Positions 51,729 through 61,471 of a DNA stretch of 64,000 nt are shown here, piece after piece (positions within the stretch are counted from its first letter, which is position 1; every line of letters starts with the position of its first letter). Source of the stretch: Octopus bimaculoides (lineage: Eukaryota); the NCBI RefSeq assembly GCF_001194135.2, contig NC_068985.1:124583285-124647284 (forward strand), written 5' to 3'. A model generated the notes under the pieces. That model had not been told where the DNA came from, searched no databases, and saw nothing but the letters and a program-made list of their open reading frames with translations. The translations under genes were made by a program, and so were the position numbers.

Positions 51729-53527
51729 TAGTGTATGTGTCCATGTGTGTATGTCTTTATAAATGTATGTTTGCATGTGCATACCTATATATGCATTTAG
51801 GTACATTTCTGTATGTGTGTGTGTATTTACCGATATGAATGAGTGTGTTTACTTAAATGAATGAAAGATTGTATGTATGCATGCATGTATGCACACACAC
51901 ATATACACATGCACATACACACACACCCATTGAATACTAACACCAGATGTAGAAATTGTCTAAACTAATGCCAACATGAAAGTCCATATGAAAATCATTG
52001 GTTATGTAGAATAAGCAATAAAAGAAGAATCTATTATTATATTTTAATTTTGTATCTTTGTTTTATTTGAAGTAATTTCTTTCTATTTCTGAACTCTTGC
52101 TGTTTAAGTGTAAAAACATTTAGTCACACCTTTGAACAACTTCTTGATAAAAACAAAAACAATACAAACTATTCTCATTGGTACATATAGACTCACACAT
52201 GAAGAGTAATCTGACAGACAAGTACTGTATCCCTTTGGTGAGGAATGCATAATGTGTTTAATTTAAGTTAAACTGTAGAGAATAACCACACCATTTGATA
52301 ATAATGACTTGATTAAGTGACTAAGTTTCCAGCAAAAATGAGAAGTTTGATGAAAATTTTTCGATGAAAATTTTTGTTGAAATTTTTTATGTTAGAGGGT
52401 GGCACTTCAAAGGGTGGCATTTTGAATTAAAAAAGGAGTTATTATTTTTGAACTCTACTATTCATGTTTTTAATAAATTTTCCAATTGACTAATAATTTG
52501 ATATCAAATTAAGATGAAATAATTACTACAGTAAGCGTAGACAATGAAAACGGTAAGCAAGAAAGCTTTTATACGAAACTCTACCAACGTTAGGGGACTA
52601 CACCAAAATATAAAGTAAAAGAGGAAATAAGCATGCAAACAGCGGGGAAATTAATCTGATCTTTGGCGGACACAGTGACAAATCGAATAATGTTTAAATC
52701 GTCCTTCTTTGACTAAGTATAGTCTTAACCATGACTTTTATTTACTTAAAAAGAATAGTCAAAGCCGTACACTTGTGTGACAAGGTAGAATAATGAGCGA
52801 GAGAAATTACTTTCCCATCCACATGGAAAATAATTAGTAAAGTAGGCAATAATACATTGACAGGCTGGGGAGACAACTCCAACATATTCCCAATCTTCAT
52901 TATCACTATTACAATTGAAATAGGAAGGGCAGATAACTCATCAAAACTATTACCAAAATACGTCATTAGAGAAGTGTTTCCCACTTTGGCATGCTGAAAA
53001 TAAATCACTTCAGGAAATCAAGGAATTCATGCTAAACTTTATTTTTGAAAACCTCACGGAAAATTTAAGGAGGGGAGGGTTATGGCTGATTCAGCTTGTC
53101 ATCATATAGGGCACTGAATTTACAAAAGGTGAGGACAGCTGTTAGCATACAATATATTGTATATAATTATATTATATATTTTACTGAAATACTATGTTAT
53201 TGTAGTATCTAACTATATATACTACAGTAGTACTATATGACTGTAGCATCTAATAATTTAGCTGTAATTACGAACTCAGCCCTAATGTTTGTAAGAGAAG
53301 GGAAGAAGTAGTTTGGATCAAAAAAGATGCTCGGTCATAAAGTTGTGCTTGGACAAAACCTACTCGGACTTGAAGGGAAATGGGAAATATATGCAGAACT
53401 TCCATACTGGTGCAAAAGCTATCCAAATTTGATTAATATATTAACGGACAAAAACCAGAAACTGTCCTGTAGTCGAAATTGTGTGCCAGAATCATCTTGA
53501 TTGAGTTAATAGCCTGTAGTAACGCTG

Positions 53528-53554
53528 TGCGCATGCGTAGTCTCACGCATGCGT
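53528..53554. promoter_or_regulatory. Two NRF1/Ewg-like GCGCATGCG motifs in a CpG-retaining patch
   Basis: tgcgcatgcgt 53528-53538 and acgcatgcgt 53545-53554; motif match only. Confidence 0.3.
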
Positions 53555-53913
53555 GGAATTCAACAACCAAGCTTTCCCGCTTCATTCTGTCTCTTTCTTG
53601 CTGGCCAGCGATTGAGCAAGGACGTGTTTAGCTGTCTCTCTCCATTTTTCGAACTTACGCTAGACAGCTCGCTCACATCTGCATACCAACGTCCCAACAA
53701 CCATGCTCACACACACACAGAAGACATCTCAACAAACAAAAGCTAAATATGTATATATTCCACCTTGAATAAATGTTGTTTGTGTTGATAGTCTGGAGTT
53801 CAGCGTTCCGTTAATTCTTGATTTTATATAGGAAAGTCAGGTATACATCTAATGATGTATAATCCACTTTCCTATAAGCCTTTTATGAAAGCCGAGTAGA
53901 GGAACAATGCCAA

Positions 53914-54390
53914 TTGACGGTGATAAAATATGATGACCTGGTGAAAGAACTAACAAAGAAGGGGTACCGTCGCATAGCTAAGGCGGTGGGTGTTGGCACT
54001 TGGTGGTTTGTCGCAACGTTTATATGCCAACTACTAAGTAACCTCGGAATCAAGAGTCGCAAAAGAATAGCGACGATGAACGCCTGTCGGAGACAACTGA
54101 AAAGAGTTCACTGTGTTTATGGGCGAAAAGGAATGATGGATGGAACTGAGATACAGCAAACCTCTGGGAAGAAACCTAGTTTGAAAAACTTATAAGTGAT
54201 CTGTGTGACTGAGCAATAAGCTCACATAAAAGTATCTAGTTCAATCACTACTGAAGATGGAATTTAAATAACAGTAGAAGGATATCTAGGAGTCACTACC
54301 TAAGTGGTCTCGACTCCCTTAGAGTGTCGAGAACTAACGGGCTGAAACACTTGTTTTGCAGGAGCTCTTCCTCTGAAGATTTCTCCTGCT
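53914..54390 (+). mobile_element. HERO-like non-LTR retrotransposon 3' fragment
   Basis: KYDDLVKEL..KGY...AVGVG..WFVA...LGIK.RKR, then frameshifted ETTEKSSLCLWAKR; resembles the recalled HERO RLE C-terminus. Confidence 0.7.
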
Positions 54391-54756
54391 GTCCGCTCGG
54401 CCCGTTGCGACTTTCCGCTCACTACTATAGAAGTACTATGTAATAACATGTATTACAGAAGATTGTTACTTAATCGACAAGTGTTTCAATAGCTTCCAGA
54501 ACTCAGTTCAAATACTCTAGTAGATCAGTGAAAGTTGAGAAAAAAATCATTACAATGCATCCTTCTTTATCGAGAGAATTAACAAAATTACCAGGAGTCA
54601 ACACTGTTTTCACATACAATCTGACTTCATAAATCTAAGGCAGTATGTAGAATAGTACATACCAACCAAGGAGTCAATAACTTCTATTTCCTCATTAGAA
54701 TTGTTTTGTCGTAACCAAAACGACTGAATCATTCAAACTGCTCTAAATAGATTATT

Positions 54757-54977
54757 TAATTATTATTTCAAATTTTTGCCACAAGGGCAGCTTGCGGAAG
54801 ATTGGGATGAGTCGATTACATTGACCTTAGTATTCAACTGGTACTTATTTTACCGGTCCCGAAAAGATGAAAGGTAAATTCGACCTCGGCGGAATTTGAA
54901 CTCAGAACGTAGCGACAGACGAAATACCGCGAAGCATTTCGCCCAGCGTGCTAACGTTTCTGCCCGCTCGCCGCCTT
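54757..54977 (-). mobile_element. S1 SINE, young full-length copy
   Basis: CpG-rich; head ggcggcgagcgggcagaaacgttagc on the - strand. Confidence 0.9.
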
Positions 54978-55429
54978 AGATTGTTGCTTAATTATAATCA
55001 AAAGAAACCACTCATTTTTAGGAGCATCCTCGATTACTTTTCTTTATGAAGACAGTTTTGCAGGAGATTTGCGTCCTCCAACTTCCTGTAGATAGAGGGA
55101 CCGTATAGAAGCTCCTTAACGGTTGTAAAATTGGTTTGAATTGCCAAATATTTTATTTACCATTACACTGTATTTACATCATACGTACATTCAATAAATT
55201 ATCATTGTGTGAGTCATGCAGGACATATGAATTATTGCATATTATGAATATTCGTTGATTGAAACTACTAGTTAAGGTTTATGACCCGGAGAAAAAAAAT
55301 AGGTTGAGAAACTACCATGGTAAAAATAACCAACTCGCACAAATCCTGAAATAACTCCTTGATTATGTAGAATTTGCCAGGAGAATGACTCAGAAACTAT
55401 AGAGCAGGGGTATAAAAAATAAACATAAA

Positions 55430-57090
55430 CCGTATATTATTTACATTTGACGGATATTTGTCCTCATCTTGTTTGTTGTTAACACAACGTTTCGGCTGAT
55501 ATACCCTCCAGCCTTCGTCAGGTGTCTTGGGGAAATTTCGAACCTGGGTTCTCATTCCTAACGATGTTACTATTATTATAGTAGGAGATATTGATAAATC
55601 GGGTATAGCTGATCATGTATGGAAAAATGGAAACCACATCCCCCTGTGGGATGAAGTTAAAATAATAGACAGGGAACAACACTGGAAAATACGAAAAGAA
55701 GCAGCACATATGCTAGGACACAACAACCTCCTAAGCAGACCGAGTGCAGATATGAATAGCATATGGGAACCGGTATTAAGGAAGGATAGAAAAATAATAG
55801 ATTTATAAGCCTTAAAATTCACCCCAGAATTGCTTACGGGCATATGGCGTAGTGGTTAAGAGCACGGGCTACTAACCCCAAGTTTCCGAGTTCGATTCAC
55901 GGCAGCGACCTGATTAATAATTAACAACAAACACAATGAGGACAAATATCCGTCAAATGTAAATAATGTTAATAATTCCTCATCTCTTAAATATAGAACT
56001 GTATTATCTAATCGGTACGGAGCCGACATTAGACTTCATTGGAGACATATAGAGAAACTCCATCAAAAACTAGCTCGTCTTTCAAACCATCTAACTTTCC
56101 TGTGTAGATGTAGAGACTCGAAGCTAATACCACCTGGCTTGAATATAATGACACCAGAAAGAGAATCCAACAAGATCTAGGAAAATCGTACATGAAAGAA
56201 TTTGAAACGGTGAAGACACGCCAGATTAAGAAGTTTATGAAACTCAAAGGTCAGAGAATGAAGACTGAAGTCCATCACCCACCTGTGAAAGCAGTGATTA
56301 ATGGAAGTNNNNNNNNNNNNNNNNNNNNNNNNNNNNNNNNNNNNNNNNNNNNNNNNNNNNNNNNNNNNNNNNNNNNNNNNNNNNNNNNNNNNNNNNNNNN
56401 NNNNNNNNNNNNNNNNNNNNNNNNNNNNNNNNNNNNNNNNNNNNNNNNNNNNNNNNNNNNNNNNNNNNNNNNNNNNNNNNNNNNNNNNNNNNNNNNNNNN
56501 NNNNNNNNNNNNNNNNNNNNNNNNNNNNNNNNNNNNNNNNNNNNNNNNNNNNNNNNNNNNNNNNNNNNNNNNNNNNNNNNNNNNNNNNNNNNNNNNNNNN
56601 NNNNNNNNNNNNNNNNNNNNNNNNNNNNNNNNNNNNNNNNNNNNNNNNNNNNNNNNNNNNNNNNNNNNNNNNNNNNNNGTTGTCACAGATATTGATCAAG
56701 AACAAGGATCACTTCACACCAATGAAGTACAGACAGCTGACTCTACACTACAGTAAACTACCACACATGTACGGTCTCCCTAAGATTCACAAGGAAGGTA
56801 TTCCACTAAGACCTATAGTGAGCTGTAGGGGTTCAGCATGTCATCCACTGAGCCGCTTCTTGGTGGATATAATCAGTCCATTAGCAGGAAAGTCAACATC
56901 ATGCGTGAAGAATTCCATCCACTTCACAGAATTGATCAAGAATACCCCCATTGAATCCAACCAGATGGTGAGTCTAGATGTGATAAGCCTGTTCACCAAA
57001 GTCCCAACTGGTGAAGCACTATCGGTGATTCAAGAAAAACTAGTGACAGACATCCATCAAAAAGAACGCACTAGTATACCAATAACACTA
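55430..57090 (+). mobile_element. Penelope/Poseidon-type PLE: inverted partial pLTR, direct pLTR (GIY-YIG C-terminus, tRNA-like head), ORF N-terminus, gap, RT
   Basis: 55575-55808 KSGIADHVW..HIPLWDEVKIIDRE...KEAAHM (EN C-terminus); 56004+ LSNRYG...HLTFLCRCRDSKLIPPGL; 56680-57090 YGLPKIHKEGIPLRPIVS...VKNS...MVSLDVISLFTKVP. Truncated by a SINE at 57092. Confidence 0.92.
55481..55526 (-). ncRNA. Minimal type I hammerhead ribozyme (PLE family A), core intact
   Basis: Same fold as 14411-14456 with a CUGACGA core. Confidence 0.85.
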
Positions 57091-57091
57091 C

Positions 57092-57229
57092 AGCGGCGAG
57101 CTGGCAGAATCGTTAACACTCCGGCAAAATGCTTAGCAATATTTCGTCCGTCTTTACGTTCTGAGTTCAAATTCCGCAGAGGTCGGCTTTGCTTTCATCC
57201 TTTCAGGGTCGATAAAATAAGTACCAGTT
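57092..57229 (+). mobile_element. S1 SINE inserted at the end of the Penelope RT fragment
   Basis: gcggcgagctggcagaatcgttaac...gataaaataagtaccagtt. Confidence 0.88.
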
Positions 57230-57239
57230 ACCCTGTGCC

Positions 57240-57430
57240 CCAACTGAACTATTTCTTCCAGCCTGTGGCGTTTGAGACGTTTGGAGGGACTGGGCAGCTA
57301 ACGACGAAGTCTTCGTCATCGTTGGCGGCTCGCCTTGCTGAGGTGTCAGGTGATGTCCGTGAGGGTGCTTGGCTGTTCCAACGCCTTAGCCTCGAAATCG
57401 CCCGTGATAAGACCGCGATCGATTGAGGCA
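57240..57430 (+). mobile_element. CRE-like non-LTR retrotransposon C-terminal fragment
   Basis: YFFQPVAFETFGG.G...LAARLAEVSGDVREGAWLFQRLSLEIAR resembles the CRE-clade P.A.ET.G...TGD.RE...L.QRLS motif. Confidence 0.75.
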
Positions 57431-57747
57431 CTTGGTGTTGAATTGGTGCTTTTTTACTCTTTTTTAATTTTTGCTTTTCTTTCCTTGTACCGCTTTCTCT
57501 ATATTTTTTCTCCCGCTATTGGATTTATATGTGCAGTTACCCCCCCTTGACAGCGGGGTTAAACCAATTGAACACTAAAAGACGTAAGCAACGTAAGGTT
57601 CAGAGACTCGTCTCTTCCTCTTTCTGCATCGAGACACGAGATTGAAGACGTAACCTAACTGACCTTCTCTCACACCACACGCCAGTAGCAGATAGAAGTT
57701 AACGCAGAGAAGACCATGGCCTCCACGCATCAAACCACATTTTCGCC

Positions 57748-58163
57748 GGCACTATCATGCTATTAGCTGTCAGAAGTGAAAGTTCGCGCGTCCGCGCTAG
57801 CTAGTCGTGAGTAGAAAACACAAATTTAATATAAAAACATATTTCCTGAAATTGCAAATTATTTAAAATATAAAAATATAATTTCCAACAGAGAGAATTT
57901 ATCAAAATAGAAAACAAATGAAGTTTGAAGTTTAAAAATAATAGGATCGACCACTCACGACTAGCTAGCGCGGACGCGCGAACTTTCGAGTAATAGATAG
58001 AGAGAGAGAGAGACAGACAGACATATAGCTCGCTCCGGCCAGTCATGGTATTAGCTGTCAGTAGCCAAAGAATCAACAGGCATGCAGGCAGACAGGCAGA
58101 CAGACAGATACTTCACTAGCAGTGAGCACTTTCACTTCTGACAGCTAATAGCATGACAGTGCC
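57748..58163. mobile_element. 416 bp MITE, 36 bp TIRs starting GGCAC, 8 bp TSD (Merlin-like)
   Basis: TIRs 57748-57783 and 58128-58163 (1 mismatch); TSD ttttcgcc at 57740-57747 and 58164-58171. Confidence 0.88.
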
Positions 58164-58204
58164 TTTTCGCCATAGGCGGTCTTTCGTTTTGAGAACAGTT
58201 TAGA

Positions 58205-58562
58205 TCACTTCTTAAAGCACGTGGGTTTGTTTATATTTCTGAACAAGATCGTCGCTTTCCGTAATATTTTTTTTTTTTACTTATGTGGGGGGGAAGAGGG
58301 GATCTTTTGAAGTCGGCGTAAAAGCGAAAGGGACACAGAGAGAGCGAGAGCGCGATTGGAAGAGGGAACTTATCTTTTGAAGTCGGCGTGAAGCGAAGGA
58401 AGTGATGTGTGTTTGATGGGGTGTGCGAGACAGAAAGTGTGGCGTGTATGTCTACGCCGATTTCAAATGATCCCTTCTTCCCCAAAGTAAGTAATTTTTT
58501 TTTTTACGGAAAGCGACGATCTTGTTTAGAAACATAAACAAGCCTACGTGGTTTATGAGTGA
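58205..58562. mobile_element. About 360 bp MITE-like element with about 110 bp imperfect TIRs
   Basis: 58205-58320 is the reverse complement of about 58452-58562 (aacaagatcgtcgctttccgta / tacggaaagcgacgatcttgtt); internal direct repeat atcttttgaagtcggcgt. Confidence 0.8.
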
Positions 58563-59173
58563 CAGGTGGCCACATTAAAGGTATATAAAGTCGCAGCCAT
58601 GTATTATGTATTCTTTATATTGGGTTTCCTGTCAAATGATATCACAGCCTTCTGAGTAGAGTCACATTAGATCGGTCAACAACCTATCCATCTAAAGATT
58701 TATATTTTTAATGTGGTTTTGTATTATATATGTATCATATACATGTGTGTTATATTCCAATAAAAAGTAACAATTAAAAAATATATAATAAGTATCACTG
58801 GAATAGAATCGGTAGAGCAGCAAACGAAATGAACATACAATATTTAATTACGTCTGAGTTCAAATCTTGCAATGCTTCCTGTAAGTTTTAGTAGGCAGAG
58901 TACACACAATCTTAGTGACAAAATATTAGTAATACAGTCATTGTGTGTGTGACAGCGTCGTAACATGTGGCAACACTGGTTCTGACGAGTCTACACAGCG
59001 ACGGAGTAAAATGACAGCATAAAATTTCATTGCTACTATGGGAAATTATTGCTCTGCTTTACGAAATTTCGCTTAAAGAGCAGTCTCATTAACGTTTTTT
59101 TTTTTAAGACGTATTCCTCGAGTTCTGAGCGTTTCCTCACGTCTGCGACGTAGATATTTTAAATTTTGTATTT

Positions 59174-59241
59174 ATGTAGAGTCTGACGAGCTGTCCACAC
59201 GGCTTTGCTTTGTGGATGTGAAACCTTGGGTAACTCTATGT
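59174..59241 (+). ncRNA. Type I hammerhead ribozyme, intact
   Basis: AUGUAGAGU-CUGACGA-GC(U)GUCCACA...UGUGGAUGU-GAAACC-UUG-GGUA-ACUCUAUGU; stem I 6 WC + 3 bp, 9 bp bulged stem II, 3 bp stem III, GUA triplet. Confidence 0.9.
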
Positions 59242-59338
59242 CCAAGATTAAAATTTTTGTTGTAATAATTACTGCTCTATTCTTTAGAGTGCTTCTTTCT
59301 GATATATGTTTTTTTATTAGCTGGCTACACACACACAC

Positions 59339-59369
<31 letters not shown>

Positions 59370-60340
59370 NNNNNNNNNNNNNNNNNNNNNNNNNNNNNNN
59401 NNNNNNNNNNNNNNNNNNNNNNNNNNNNNNNNNNNNNNNNNNNNNNNNNNNNNNNNNNNNNNNNNNNNNNNNNNNNNNNNNNNNNNNNNNNNNNNNNNNN
59501 NNNNNNNNNNNNNNNNNNNNNNNNNNNNNNNNNNNNNNNNNNNNNNNNNNNNNNNNNNNNNNNNNNNNNNNNNNNNNNNNNNNNNNNNNNNNNNNNNNNN
59601 NNNNNNNNNNNNNNNNNNNNNNNNNNNNCACAGAAGATGTAACCCAACGGTCTTTCATTTTATGCACATATAATGCAGGATTGATAACGAAACCAAAACA
59701 ATCTGGGAATACGATTTTCGTCCATTATTTAAGCCAGAAATTATATAACAAAAGTATTTTACTAACAATTGAATTTTACAATTATCGTTTTCTTACAGAG
59801 GATTTGTATTTTATTTCATTGTTGATTTATATTAATATGCACTGTGTTGTGTGTGTGCGTGCATACGTACATACATACATACATACATGTGTTTGGGCGG
59901 GAGTGGGGGAAGTGATCGTCAAGTGTAATAACTTCAAACAACTGGGTTGTTCAGCAATTAAAAAGAAAAATCTGTATTAATGGCACTTAAAAGTGACTTT
60001 TAAGCGTTTATTGATTCGTTTCGTTATTTCGTGATACCCATGTCTATTTTTGTATTTCCCCTATTTGTTTTGATTTCATTGGCAAGCTCTTAGTTATATG
60101 TAACCTAAGAGCACCGAGTAGGCGAAGGTAGCCTTGTAACCCTATTTACATATGTATTTCATGAACTACGCTGCGTTAGTATTGCTATTGTTGTTATTCT
60201 AAAATCGTTAAGAAATCGTTGTTATTATGATCCGCGGTAACTTGTTAAGTTCACAACAGGAGATAGTAATTTAGAGTTATCGGACTTGCAGTACGAACCA
60301 CCAGATGACACTGTCAGTTCAGGGGTGACCCTTAGCAAGC

Positions 60341-61471
60341 ATGGCTGTGTTTTACGGTCTTTACGCGAGGAAATGTTTGTTAAAAATATGTAAATTAGCA
60401 AGACATTCCTCAAATAAGAAATCTAGTTGGAAACCTTTTCACAGAAAATTCTCCAGTAAACTGTCGAATAAAGAACACTGCAACGTCGGTACGATTGGAC
60501 ATATAGACCACGGTAAGACGACTTTAACTGCTGCTATTACTAAAGTACTTTCCAAAGAGGGTTTGACGAAGTACACTTGCTATGAAGATATCGATCGTGC
60601 ACCTCAGGAAAGATTGCGTGGAATTACTATCAACACAGCTCTCGNNNNNNNNNNCGAGTATGGCTTTGATGGAAAAAACACACCCGTTATTTTAGGATCG
60701 GCTCTTCAAGCTTTGAATGGTGTGTCCCAATTTGAGAACTCCATTAAAAATTTAATTACAGCAATGGATAGCTATATAATTATTCCTGATCGAAATGTAG
60801 AAGCACCGTTTCTTTTCCCCATAGATTCGGCCGTAGCGATTAAAGGACGGGGTACTGTTGCCGTCGGAACTGTCCAGCAAGGTATTATAAAAAAAGGTAA
60901 TAATGTTGATATACTGGGACACGGTGCTTCTTTAAAATCTGTTGTATCTGATATACAAATTTTCAAAAATTCAGTTTTATCTTGTTCAGCCGGTGACAAT
61001 GCAGGGGCGCTTCTAAGAGGTATGCGCCAAGAAGCTGTGCTACGAGGTATGTTTTTGGCTCAGCCTAACACTTTTAAACAATATGACATGTTTGAAGCGC
61101 AAATTTACGTTCTTACTCCAGCTGAAGGAGGACGTCATAAACCTATTAGCCACAAGTATATCCAGCTGTTATACAGTACAACTTGGAATATTGCTTGTTG
61201 TGTGTATCTACCGGACAATATACCTTTAATTATGCCAGGCGATACTTTAAAAACAAAGATCTTGCTGAGAAAACCGATGGTATTCTTATCAGGGCAACGT
61301 TTCACGATTCGTGAAAACCAAATTAGTGCCATTACTGGTATTATCCTTCGACCACTGACATCTGAAAACATTGAAAAAATCGCTGGGTTTAATTACGAAC
61401 GACCAAAACCACACTTTATTGAAAGTGGTAATTATCTTGTTCAAAAAAAGCGGAAAAAGAAAAAATCTTAA
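60341..61471 (+). CDS. TUFM: Mitochondrial elongation factor Tu, divergent EF-Tu2 type; apparently intronless; about 90 aa missing at the N gap 60645-60654
   Basis: Basic, acid-free presequence (about 44 aa); G1 [19 protein letters not shown]; switch I RGITI; domain II GRGTV and [11 protein letters not shown]; domain III EGGRHKP and [22 protein letters not shown] and FTIREN resemble recalled arthropod EF-Tu2 rather than canonical GIEMF/FTLRDG. Confidence 0.93.
   Translation: MAVFYGLYARKCLLKICKLARHSSNKKSSWKPFHRKFSSKLSNKEHCNVGTIGHIDHGKTTLTAAITKVLSKEGLTKYTCYEDIDRAPQERLRGITINTALXXXXEYGFDGKNTPVILGSALQALNGVSQFENSIKNLITAMDSYIIIPDRNVEAPFLFPIDSAVAIKGRGTVAVGTVQQGIIKKGNNVDILGHGASLKSVVSDIQIFKNSVLSCSAGDNAGALLRGMRQEAVLRGMFLAQPNTFKQYDMFEAQIYVLTPAEGGRHKPISHKYIQLLYSTTWNIACCVYLPDNIPLIMPGDTLKTKILLRKPMVFLSGQRFTIRENQISAITGIILRPLTSENIEKIAGFNYERPKPHFIESGNYLVQKKRKKKKS
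60645..60654. other. 10-N scaffold gap inside the EF-Tu ORF; other gaps at 27889-27898, 39114-39289, 41230-41283, 44890-45175, 56309-56678, 59370-59628
   Basis: N runs are directly visible. Confidence 0.99.

Noticed and set aside
52742-53008. 88 aa minus-strand ORF as a gene
   Set aside because: No recognisable motif or splice context.
54335-54390. GAAAC...CTGAAGA in the HERO-like tail as a type II hammerhead
   Set aside because: Stem II does not pair and stem I is displaced by 4 nt.
56680-57426. 248 aa ORF as one novel fusion protein
   Set aside because: It is a chance in-frame read-through of Penelope RT, an S1 SINE and a CRE-like fragment.
58982-59015. CTGACGA-GTC...GAC as a second hammerhead
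   Set aside because: It is followed by GGAGT rather than GAAA, and stems I and III cannot be formed.
60341-61471. Intronless EF-Tu as bacterial contamination or horizontal transfer
   Set aside because: It has a mitochondrial-type basic presequence, animal EF-Tu2-like motifs, host-like AT content, and is contiguous with host repeats.
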